In this document: positions 1 to 7,892 of the stretch, one piece after another | Numbering within the stretch: the first letter of the stretch is position 1 | How the letters are laid out: each line of letters opens with the position of its first letter | Assembly: GCA_018818485.1 (NCBI GenBank) | Contig: JAHIRX010000045.1 | Coordinates: forward strand, 1 to 24,823 | Origin: Patescibacteria group bacterium | Lineage (GTDB): Bacteria; Patescibacteriota; WWE3; UBA101185; UBA10185 | Direction: 5' to 3' | Length of the DNA stretch: 24,823 nucleotides | Notes under the pieces: generated by a model | What the model saw: only the letters and a program-made list of their open reading frames with translations | Databases searched by the model: none | What the model was told of the DNA's origin: nothing | Made by a program: the position numbers and the translations under genes

Positions 1-378
1 AACAGTTTGTTCATGAGTAAGACTTGGGATTCTTAAAAACCAACCTGCAAGTACAACAGGTGCTGCAAGATACCCTCCAAAAGATAAGATTACATCAGGT
101 TTTATCTTCATTAGCAGAACTAAAGATTGAAAAACACCATATGGAATCCTTAGAAGTCTTATCAGATTTAAAGTTTTATATAGCTTTCCAGCCTTTAGAT
201 CATAAAAGGGAACACCCAAAGATGTAATTTCTTTGTATTCCAAAGTCTCACTTTTACTTCCCAGAAGAGTGTGTTTATGCCCGAACCAGTGTATACCCAC
301 TTCTGGATCTCTTTGTTTTAGCTCCTCCATCACAGGAAGGGCTGATGTATGATGTCCTCCAGTTATTACTATTTTCAT
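1..378 (-). CDS. murG: MurG glycosyltransferase, N-terminal part (runs off the window start)
   Basis: Not in the ORF track. Translated by hand from the ATG at 378, which overlaps the ftsW stop (ATGA): MKIVITGGHHTSALPV...KAGKL...KPDVILSFGGYLAAPVVLAGWFLRIPSLTHEQTV. It has the TGGH loop, FGGY and HEQ motifs of MurG and follows mraY-ftsW. Confidence 0.9.
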   Translation of the reverse strand, partial: MKIVITGGHHTSALPVMEELKQRDPEVGIHWFGHKHTLLGSKSETLEYKEITSLGVPFYDLKAGKLYKTLNLIRLLRIPYGVFQSLVLLMKIKPDVILSFGGYLAAPVVLAGWFLRIPSLTHEQTV

Positions 379-1505
379 GATTGCTTACTTATGTTAGCTA
401 AAATTCCAAGTCCCATCAAACTAAATACCATTGAAGATCCTCCATATGAGATAAGAGGAATGGGTACTCCAGTAAGTGGAATTATCTTGGTCATTGCAGC
501 TACGTTTATAAAAAATTGAATACCAATCCATGAGGATACTCCTATTCCCAAAAGCTTTCCTAACAAATCAGGAGCATCTCGAGATATTAGAAACCCTAAA
601 TATACAAAATACAAAAAAGCTAAGACTAAAAAAGATGTTCCTATAAATCCAAGTTCTTCTCCGATAATTGCAAATATTGAGTCAGACGCTACCTCGGGAA
701 GATACTGAAATTTTTGTTTTGATTGCCCAAGTCCAACACCTGTGATACCACCAGATCCAAGCGCTACCAGAGCCTGTTTTATATGGTAACTAGAGGTATC
801 TTCATCAGAACCACTTAATAAGGTTATAAGGCGTTGCCGTCTATATGGAGATATAAGTATTACACCCGCTACTAGAAGGGTAACTACTGGAATTAGTATT
901 AAAAGTGGTTTTATTGGAGCCCCAGAAACAAAATATATTATCGTTCCAAGTGCAAATACCATAGCTGCTGTAGACATATTTGGCTGAAGAAGTATTAAAC
1001 CTGATAAAAGTGCAGAGACAATAAAATATACCCAAAATAGTTCCTCTTTCTTTTTTATATTCTTACTAAGTTGAACAGATAGATACAAAATTATGGAAAC
1101 CTTAGCAAGCTCACCTGGTTGAAAACCTAGTACTCCTAAAAAGGGAACCTCCGGAAGAGGGGGTGGGTTTAGATATAACCACCTATTGGCACCATTTATG
1201 CATGGGGCAAAAGCAAAACCATCACTACATGGAAAGAGACCTACTACACCTAGAAATAAAAGAAAAACAATATTTATAATCAGTAGAATATACGCAAACC
1301 CATAAAGTTTGTTGTAATTAAAATTATATAAAAGGAAAAACCCAACAAGTCCAATTATTACCCAACCGAGTTGAAGAGATACAAATTTATATGGATCCCC
1401 ATACAAGTTCTTAGAGGAGATCACTGTAGAATTTGCAATCATTAAAAGACCAAAAACTAAAAATGCAAATATCATGCCTAAAAATACTTTATGTCTTTTA
1501 TCCAT
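375..1505 (-). CDS. ftsW: SEDS family peptidoglycan glycosyltransferase FtsW/RodA
   Basis: Multi-TM protein with motifs GANRW, FQPGELAK, GSGGITGVG, PEVASDSIFAIIGEELG (catalytic Asp kept) and IPLTGVPIPLISYGGSS. Lies between mraY and murG. Confidence 0.93.
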   Translation of the reverse strand: MDKRHKVFLGMIFAFLVFGLLMIANSTVISSKNLYGDPYKFVSLQLGWVIIGLVGFFLLYNFNYNKLYGFAYILLIINIVFLLFLGVVGLFPCSDGFAFAPCINGANRWLYLNPPPLPEVPFLGVLGFQPGELAKVSIILYLSVQLSKNIKKKEELFWVYFIVSALLSGLILLQPNMSTAAMVFALGTIIYFVSGAPIKPLLILIPVVTLLVAGVILISPYRRQRLITLLSGSDEDTSSYHIKQALVALGSGGITGVGLGQSKQKFQYLPEVASDSIFAIIGEELGFIGTSFLVLAFLYFVYLGFLISRDAPDLLGKLLGIGVSSWIGIQFFINVAAMTKIIPLTGVPIPLISYGGSSMVFSLMGLGILANISKQS

Positions 1506-1511
1506 AGGGTT

Positions 1512-2603
1512 TTATAGCAGGGCTACAAACAATCCTGCAAAAGCGAAGAAGATCCCAAAAAGATAAAACCTTAAAGTTATCTTTGTTTCTGGCCAACCTA
1601 ACATTTCAAAATGATGGTGAAGTGGAGCCATCCTAAAAAGTCTTTTTTTAGTCTTTGCATATATTAACTGCTGAAGAGGACTTGAAATACCATCAACTAA
1701 AAACACCGCTCCTATAAATAGAAATGCCACCTCCCTGTGAAGTACAACAGACAATACTGCAAGTATAGCCCCAAGCGCATGGGATCCCACATTTCCCATA
1801 AATATTCTTGCTGGAAAAACATTAAAGTACATAAAAGGTATCAAGGCACCGACGAATGTGGCACAAAAAGATGCTAAAGAGTTAAACTCTAAAACTCTAG
1901 ACAATACCCAAAATGTTATTAAAGAAATAAGAGAAAGTCCTCCCGCTAAACCATCAAGACCATCTGTAAAGGCAACACTATTTAAAATCGTAATAAACAA
2001 AATAAATATAATTATCGGGTATAAAAACCCAACATGAACATCACCAATTAACGGAAACCAGATATAGTCCCAACCAAGTTTAAAATATGCCCAATAAGAC
2101 ACAAATCCAGCAATGATACCCTGAAAAATAAATTTCTGATATGTCTGGATACCACTTGATTCAGAACTACCAACTTTTCGTGAAAACTCTTTAAATGAAT
2201 TAAATATTCTAGAGAAAATACCCGTTCCCTTCGACCTCTTCTTAAAAAGTCCTGCTAGGTGATACTCAAGAAAACCAGGCAAGCCTGACTTCTTGTATAC
2301 CTTTGTGAAATCTTCAAGTATTCCCAAAAAACCAGCTAGAGTTGCAACAAAAAGTGGAAAGAGCGTCTGAGTTCTAGAACGATTGAAAATAAAACTAACT
2401 AAAGCTACTGAAAAAACAAAAACTAAACCTCCCATAGTGGGTGTTCCTTCTTTCCTTCTATGAGTCTTAGGCGAATCTCCTCTTACACTTTCTCCAAGAT
2501 TAAACTTATAAACAAAGTTGATCCAAAAAGGGTACAGAACCAAAGAGATAATAAAACCTAAAAATAAATATATTAAATCTAGCAGTAATCCTACTGTTCC
2601 CAT
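1512..2603 (-). CDS. mraY: MraY phospho-MurNAc-pentapeptide transferase homologue with atypical active-site motifs
   Basis: Motifs KEGTPTMGG, TDGLDGLAGG, FNVFPARIFMGNVGS and FRMAPLHHHFEMLGWPE. The DD motif reads ED and FMGD reads FMGN (see findings). Confidence 0.88.
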   Translation of the reverse strand: MGTVGLLLDLIYLFLGFIISLVLYPFWINFVYKFNLGESVRGDSPKTHRRKEGTPTMGGLVFVFSVALVSFIFNRSRTQTLFPLFVATLAGFLGILEDFTKVYKKSGLPGFLEYHLAGLFKKRSKGTGIFSRIFNSFKEFSRKVGSSESSGIQTYQKFIFQGIIAGFVSYWAYFKLGWDYIWFPLIGDVHVGFLYPIIIFILFITILNSVAFTDGLDGLAGGLSLISLITFWVLSRVLEFNSLASFCATFVGALIPFMYFNVFPARIFMGNVGSHALGAILAVLSVVLHREVAFLFIGAVFLVDGISSPLQQLIYAKTKKRLFRMAPLHHHFEMLGWPETKITLRFYLFGIFFAFAGLFVALL

Positions 2604-3913
2604 ATTTTTGCTCCTAAAGACTTAAGTTTGTCTGAAAAACCAGCCAAGTACTTTTCAATATGTTCCATCCCTATAATCTCACTTTTTCCCTCTGCACACA
2701 AAGCAGCTAAAACAAGCACAGGACCATTTATGAAACTACCAATATTTAGCTTTTCTCCTTTTAATCTTGTGGGTCCCTCGATCTTTACAACACTTTTTGG
2801 TTCACCCTGCACCTCAAAATCATAGGAGTCTTCACTTATTACTGGTATTAAGTCAACTTCTGTGGGTTTAATATTACTAATCTTTGCACCCATTCTGTTT
2901 AGATCAATAACATAACTAAATCTATTGGTATATACGGTGTCATGAACTAAGCTCTCACCACCAGCTTGAGTTAATATAATAGTAGCTAAAGATTGCCAGT
3001 CTGGAACAAAACCAGGAGTAGGGGCAATCTCCACCTGAGCTGGTATCAACTCTTCCTCATGCCTCCATACTTTAAGTTCATTTTCACAAATCTCAAATTT
3101 TGCATCAATCTTATTTAAAAAGTTAACAAATGGAATTAAAGTCTCCTTTTTTATTCCTTTTATCGTTACATTCCCATTTGTCAGTATCGCAGCAGACGCA
3201 AAAATAGCTGCCTCTGTTTTATCTCCTAAAACACTAAATTTAGCGTCTTTAAATATATTTGTGCCAATAACTTGTATCTTTCTCGGTTCAACTCTTTCCA
3301 CGTTTCCTCCCATTTGGTTAACCATTAGTATCAAATCCTCAATCTCTGCTTCCTCAGATGCATTAGCAATAATGGTTTCTCCGTCTAAAAAGAGAGAGCA
3401 AAGTATAGCGTTGTCTGTTCCCATGTGAGTAGATGTTTTAAATACAACTGTTGAAGAGGCCATATTCTCTGCGTTTAAATGATAGTATCTATCGTCTTCT
3501 TTAACTTCTACTCCAAGAGTTTTCCATGTATCTACCAACCTATTTATCGGTCCTGCAACATAAATTTCTGAGTTAAACTTAGGAATAGAGGCCTTTCCAA
3601 ATCTAAAAAGAAGAGGGCCAGAAAGCAGAACCGCTGTTCTTAGTCTTGATCCAAGTTCATACCTAATTTCACTACTTGAAAGTCCTGCCCCATTAAGTAT
3701 TAAGGTGTCTCCTGCCCATTCTGCACTCCCCCCTAAACTTCTAATAATTTCAAGATCATCTTCAATTACTTTGATTCTAGGTACATTTTCCAAAACCACG
3801 TCTTGGTTTGAAAACATAGCAGCGACAATCAGTTTTAAAGATGAGTTTTTTGATCCCGAAACAGTAATATCCCCTGTTAGTGGGGTTGATCCTTCAATAA
3901 AGGTTGATGACAT
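2591..3913 (-). CDS. murA: MurA-like enolpyruvyl transferase-fold protein with a degenerate PEP site
   Basis: Colinear with MurA: GDITVSGSKNS, NVPRI, GPLLFRFG, IIANASEEAEI, APTPGFVPDWQ, VYTNRF, DLNRMGAKI, KLKSLGAKI. Start moved from 3967 to the ATG at 3913, 2 nt after the secG stop, which matches the MurA N-terminus. Confidence 0.8.
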   Translation of the reverse strand: MSSTFIEGSTPLTGDITVSGSKNSSLKLIVAAMFSNQDVVLENVPRIKVIEDDLEIIRSLGGSAEWAGDTLILNGAGLSSSEIRYELGSRLRTAVLLSGPLLFRFGKASIPKFNSEIYVAGPINRLVDTWKTLGVEVKEDDRYYHLNAENMASSTVVFKTSTHMGTDNAILCSLFLDGETIIANASEEAEIEDLILMVNQMGGNVERVEPRKIQVIGTNIFKDAKFSVLGDKTEAAIFASAAILTNGNVTIKGIKKETLIPFVNFLNKIDAKFEICENELKVWRHEEELIPAQVEIAPTPGFVPDWQSLATIILTQAGGESLVHDTVYTNRFSYVIDLNRMGAKISNIKPTEVDLIPVISEDSYDFEVQGEPKSVVKIEGPTRLKGEKLNIGSFINGPVLVLAALCAEGKSEIIGMEHIEKYLAGFSDKLKSLGAKIWEQ

Positions 3914-3915
3914 AA

Positions 3916-4140
3916 TTATGATAAAAGAAGAATAAATATAGAATTGGCTACAAGTAAAACGCCGCAAATAATTGTAAGAATAAATACTATCTTTTCTACA
4001 CCCCTTAATGATCTATATGCTGAAAAGGAACTCTTTAGACCAGAGGTTAAACCCGTGCCTTTTGATTGAATTAAAGTTAGAAGAATCAAAAGAACAGCAA
4101 TAACTATCTGAAATGTTTTAGCTACTGTAAGTAAGTTCAT
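3916..4140 (-). CDS. secG: Preprotein translocase subunit SecG
   Basis: 74 aa with two TM segments and the SecG pattern LIQSKGTGL...RSLRGVEKIVFILT. ATGA overlap with the upstream gene. Confidence 0.8.
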   Translation of the reverse strand: MNLLTVAKTFQIVIAVLLILLTLIQSKGTGLTSGLKSSFSAYRSLRGVEKIVFILTIICGVLLVANSIFILLLS

Positions 4141-4547
4141 CTTTTAGTACAAAGGCTTTCTAAAAATGTATACGTTAAAGAAGTTACCAGAGAAGAAAAT
4201 ACCATAGCCTGAAGACTTGTCAAATCATATGAAGGAAAAGAAAAGCCTAAAATCACAAGGCCAGAAACAGTAGATGAGTGAATACTAAAACCTGGAACAA
4301 AAAGGGTAGACACATAAATTACTATAACAGTCATTGCAAAGGTTAAAAAAACAAAGGGAAGACCCCTTGTTGGTAGAGAAACTATGGAAATTAGTGGTTT
4401 CAAAAAGAAATAAAGTAGGGAAAGTCCTAAAACCAGCAGCACAACCGATTTAAAACTATCAGACCCGTAATCAAAAGCACCAATAACTTGTCTGGATGCC
4501 TCTAGTGCAAGTGCCGTAAAGATAAGTGTCCTGAGAATCTTTTTCAT
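4137..4547 (-). CDS. 4-TM membrane protein, YvlD-like 'phage holin family' (superfamily IV)
   Basis: Hydrophobic, 136 aa, with the family pattern LKPLISIVSLPTRGL...LFVPGFSI. No phage genes nearby. Confidence 0.62.
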   Translation of the reverse strand: MKKILRTLIFTALALEASRQVIGAFDYGSDSFKSVVLLVLGLSLLYFFLKPLISIVSLPTRGLPFVFLTFAMTVIVIYVSTLFVPGFSIHSSTVSGLVILGFSFPSYDLTSLQAMVFSSLVTSLTYTFLESLCTKR

Positions 4548-4553
4548 GGGTTA

Positions 4554-4559
4554 ATTATA
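4554..4559 (-). promoter_or_regulatory. Perfect -10 box TATAAT 6 nt upstream of the ATG at 4547 (candidate leaderless promoter of the holin-secG-mur operon)
   Basis: Minus strand reads TATAAT-taaccc-ATG. The box includes the uvrC stop codon. No SD present. Confidence 0.55.
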
Positions 4560-5895
4560 CCCCAAGAGCCTTCTTTCTTAGAAGATGGTGGTATCTTTGA
4601 GCAAACCTGTGTGCTTCATCTCTAAGTTGTATTAATAGCCTTAAACCTTCGTTATCTTTTGATAGTTTGACTTCTCTGAACACATCCCCATCCTTAAAGA
4701 TAAGTATTTCTTCCTTCTTAGCCAAGCCTACAACTGGGACATAAATATCAAGATCTTTCATAGCCTCAAGTGCGGCGGATACCTGAGGTTTTCCTCCATC
4801 CAGAACCACAAGATCAGAAACTTTCCAACCATCCTTCTTCCTTTTAAATCTTCTATACAAAACCTCATACATCATGGCAAAATCGTCTGGTTTTGATTTG
4901 AACTTAACTTTAAATCTTTTGTATTCCTCTTTATTTATCTTTCCTTCTGTTGCCACAACCATAGAACCAGTAGCCTCTTTTCCTGAAACATTTGAGATAT
5001 CATAGCACTCGATTCTTTGAGGGATGCATCCGACAATAGGCAAGGCCTTTTTTATCTCCACCAAAGCTTTTTTACTCAGGTCTTCTAAAAGATAGGGATT
5101 ATCAATATAACTTTCTGGACTTCTAAAATCTGTTTGAAGATAATAAAAATTTTGAAGAAGATCTCTAAATTTAGCTGCTTTTTCATAATCCTTTTCCTTG
5201 GAAGCTTTCTCCATCTCCTTTTTTACACTATTAATCAATTTTGAAGTACCTCCTGATAAAAGCTTTTTTATTTTATTAATATTATCTTTGTATTCTTTTA
5301 GATTTTCTTCTGAATAACTTACACAGGGAGCTAAACACACATTTATATGACCAAATAAGCATGGGTTTTCTATCTTGTGATAACGTGCAAACTTAGTAGT
5401 AGAACAATCTCTAAACATGAATATTCTTCTGATAACTCTCATAACTTGTTTTACTACACTTCCGTTTGGAAAAGGACCAAAAATTACATCTTTTGGTAAT
5501 AGTTGGGTTTTTCTAGCTGTTGTAACTAGAGAAACACTAACTTTTTTACCATCAAGAATAACTTTTTCATTTCTAATAACGATATAGATATGTGACTTAT
5601 CGTCTTTTAAAACTATATTGTATTTTGGTCTATACCTTTTTATTAATTCTGCTTCTAGAATGAGGGCTTCAAACTCAGATTCTACATCTATATGTTCAAT
5701 GTCGTTAATTTTAGAAACTAATGCAAAAGTTTTAGATGAATCATCTAAACTTAAACTAAAGTATGATCCCACCCGACTTCTAAGGTCTTTAGCTTTACCA
5801 ACATACAAAACTCTCCCGGTTTTATTTTTAAAAATATATACGCCGGGAAGTCTTGGTAAACCTTTAACAATTTCTTTTAAACTTTCCTTTTCCAC
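4555..5895 (-). CDS. uvrC: Excinuclease ABC subunit C, lacking the C-terminal HhH domain
   Basis: GIY-YIG domain (GVYIF...LYVGKAKDLRSRV...LEAELI...PKYN), UVR coiled coil (KDYEKAAKFRD) and RNase H-like domain (ECYDISN, LDGGKPQ, RDEAHRFA). GTG start. Confidence 0.95.
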   Translation of the reverse strand: MEKESLKEIVKGLPRLPGVYIFKNKTGRVLYVGKAKDLRSRVGSYFSLSLDDSSKTFALVSKINDIEHIDVESEFEALILEAELIKRYRPKYNIVLKDDKSHIYIVIRNEKVILDGKKVSVSLVTTARKTQLLPKDVIFGPFPNGSVVKQVMRVIRRIFMFRDCSTTKFARYHKIENPCLFGHINVCLAPCVSYSEENLKEYKDNINKIKKLLSGGTSKLINSVKKEMEKASKEKDYEKAAKFRDLLQNFYYLQTDFRSPESYIDNPYLLEDLSKKALVEIKKALPIVGCIPQRIECYDISNVSGKEATGSMVVATEGKINKEEYKRFKVKFKSKPDDFAMMYEVLYRRFKRKKDGWKVSDLVVLDGGKPQVSAALEAMKDLDIYVPVVGLAKKEEILIFKDGDVFREVKLSKDNEGLRLLIQLRDEAHRFAQRYHHLLRKKALGV

Positions 5896-5901
5896 AAACT
5901 T

Positions 5902-5911
5902 ATTGTAGCAT
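5902..5911. promoter_or_regulatory. Overlapping back-to-back -10 elements for uvrC and the transglutaminase gene
   Basis: Minus: TG-C-TACAAT (TG 5909-5910, box 5902-5907), 6 nt, GTG at 5895. Plus: TAGCAT (5906-5911), 7 nt, ATG at 5919. The intergenic gap is only 23 bp. Confidence 0.55.
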
Positions 5912-5918
5912 TTGAAAC

Positions 5919-7619
5919 ATGAGGAATTTCCTTAGAATATTGTTGTTTAGCCTTCTGCTAATACCCACCAAAGTACTAGCATCTGAAAACAATCAATTTT
6001 CTATAAACTATGATCTAGAATATGATGTTTTAGAATCAGGTGAGACTCAGGTTACACAAAGAACTACCATTACTAATCTAAAAAATGATTACGTACCAAC
6101 AAACTACTCTTTTACAGCCAAGCACATGGCAATTTACGACGTTGAAGCAGTTACAAACGGGGAATCCTCTGAAGCAATTATCGAAACTAGAGAAGATGAA
6201 ACTTTAATCTCTGTAATAATAAATAATTATGCCATAGGAGAGGGAAGACAAAATTATATAAGTTTCACATATAAAACCACAGATATTGCAAAAAAGACTG
6301 GAAAGATTTGGAATATTTATATTCCGCGCATTCAAATTCCAGAAACTACTACTCTTTATAATGTGAAACTTCTGATTCCCGAAGATTTTGGACCAAAAAT
6401 ATACCTATCCCCTACTCCAGTTATTGAAAGAGCTGAAGAAAAAAAGAACGCCTACTATTTAACAAAAGAGACCTTTGTAGAAAACGGGATAACAGCAGCC
6501 TTTGGAGAATATCAATCACTTAATTTTAAACTTAAATATCAGTTAGAAAACACATCCATTCTTCCTCTAATAAGAGAGATCTCCTTGCCCCCCGATATAG
6601 AAGAGGTTCAACAAGTGAACTACCTTCAGATTGAACCTAAACCAAAAAGGTTAAAAACTGATGAGGATGGAAATACCATTGCTTGGTATATATTAGGACC
6701 AAAAAAGAAACTTGAAATAAGTGTTACTGGTATCGCTAAAATATCTGGAAAGCAAATAAACCCAGACTTTGGAAGAGAAACTCAGAGTATTCCTTCAGAT
6801 TTGATTAGAAAATATACTGGCGAAGAAAAATTTTGGCAGGTAAATTCCCCAAATATTCAAAAGGCAGCTTCAGAACTTAAAGATACTAATTTAAATACCA
6901 TTAAAAATGCTCAAAAGGTTTATAACTATGTTATACAAAATCTAACTTATGATTTTAAGGCTTTAGAAGAAGGACCGGTTGAAAGACATGGTGCTGAGGT
7001 TGCTCTTACTCAAAAAGGGCAGTGGACATGTATGGAATTTACTGATCTTTTTGTGACACTAACAAGAGCCATGGGGATACCAGCAAGAGAAGTGAACGGG
7101 TACGCCTTCACAAACAACGAATTAGATAAACCTCTTTCCATTAACCTTCAAGGTGGGGATGTATTGCACTCATGGGCCGAATTTTATGATCCATTTTATG
7201 GCTGGATTCAAGTAGACCCAACTTGGGGATCAACATCTGGAATAGACTACTTCACAAAGCTTGATACAAATCATTTTACATTTGTAATAAAAGGGATTGA
7301 CTCAGAATACCCTTATCCTGCTGGTGCTTATAGATTTTCTGACGATGAAAAACTAGTTGATGTAGAACTTTCACAACAAAACAGTGAGGGAAGTTTCAAA
7401 CCCTCTTTAGAAATAAAGAAAAAGCTAAATTTAAATATAGTTGAATTAATAAAAGGTAACGAGAAATATAAAATAACTAATAATAGTGGGGTGTTTGTAT
7501 ACAACTTAGAAGGAAAAACCTTACCTCCAGGAGCTTCTACTACACTTTATTTATCAAAAAACCTAAGAAATATTGCTTTTGAGGATATCAATCACAATAA
7601 GTATTCTGTAGACCTATAA
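5919..7619 (+). CDS. Secreted transglutaminase-like (Cys-His-Asp) domain protein
   Basis: Signal peptide MRNFLRILLFSLLLIPTKVLA. Core motifs WTCMEFTDLFVTLTRAMGIPAREVNG, LHSWAEFY and WIQVDPTWG. Beta-rich N-terminal region. Confidence 0.85.
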   Translation: MRNFLRILLFSLLLIPTKVLASENNQFSINYDLEYDVLESGETQVTQRTTITNLKNDYVPTNYSFTAKHMAIYDVEAVTNGESSEAIIETREDETLISVIINNYAIGEGRQNYISFTYKTTDIAKKTGKIWNIYIPRIQIPETTTLYNVKLLIPEDFGPKIYLSPTPVIERAEEKKNAYYLTKETFVENGITAAFGEYQSLNFKLKYQLENTSILPLIREISLPPDIEEVQQVNYLQIEPKPKRLKTDEDGNTIAWYILGPKKKLEISVTGIAKISGKQINPDFGRETQSIPSDLIRKYTGEEKFWQVNSPNIQKAASELKDTNLNTIKNAQKVYNYVIQNLTYDFKALEEGPVERHGAEVALTQKGQWTCMEFTDLFVTLTRAMGIPAREVNGYAFTNNELDKPLSINLQGGDVLHSWAEFYDPFYGWIQVDPTWGSTSGIDYFTKLDTNHFTFVIKGIDSEYPYPAGAYRFSDDEKLVDVELSQQNSEGSFKPSLEIKKKLNLNIVELIKGNEKYKITNNSGVFVYNLEGKTLPPGASTTLYLSKNLRNIAFEDINHNKYSVDL

Positions 7620-7622
7620 TTC

Positions 7623-7649
7623 TGATATAATGGCACAAAAGTGAAGGAG
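7623..7649 (+). promoter_or_regulatory. Extended -10 promoter (TG-A-TATAAT, 7623-7631) and SD AAGGAG (7644-7649) for the 7655 ORF
   Basis: Perfect TGnTATAAT. The SD is 5 nt upstream of the ATG. Confidence 0.65.
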
Positions 7650-7654
7650 TAATA

Positions 7655-7891
7655 ATGGCTAAGAGAAAGCTGAGTCCAGAAGAAAAGACTGTAAGATCGG
7701 CTGAAAGACTTGTTGAAAAGTGCGAAGGCCGTCCAAACGAAGTTATATTTATTACAGTAGGGAGTGTGGTAGATATACAAAAGGTTATTAACATGGCTAC
7801 ATCTAGGGGAATAGATGCAGAAGTCTGTTGCAGCTCAACACGAACAATATCGGGGTACTTAGATAATTTTAAAAAAGGAAAGGAAAAGTGA
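7655..7891 (+). CDS. Small hypothetical protein, 78 aa
   Basis: Fills the gap between the transglutaminase gene and uvrA and has its own promoter, SD and terminator. No family recognised with confidence. Confidence 0.7.
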   Translation: MAKRKLSPEEKTVRSAERLVEKCEGRPNEVIFITVGSVVDIQKVINMATSRGIDAEVCCSSTRTISGYLDNFKKGKEK

Positions 7892-7892
7892 G

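Noticed and set aside
24-227. 67-aa plus-strand ORF
   Set aside because: It is an antisense shadow of the murG N-terminal frame (1-378, minus), which has clear family motifs.
3914-3967. N-terminal extension of the MurA ORF in the track
   Set aside because: It overlaps secG on the same strand. Similarity to MurA begins at the ATG at 3913.
4137-4547. 'Phage holin' as evidence of a prophage
   Set aside because: No endolysin, integrase, terminase or structural genes are present. This 4-TM family is commonly chromosomal and is here translationally coupled to secG.
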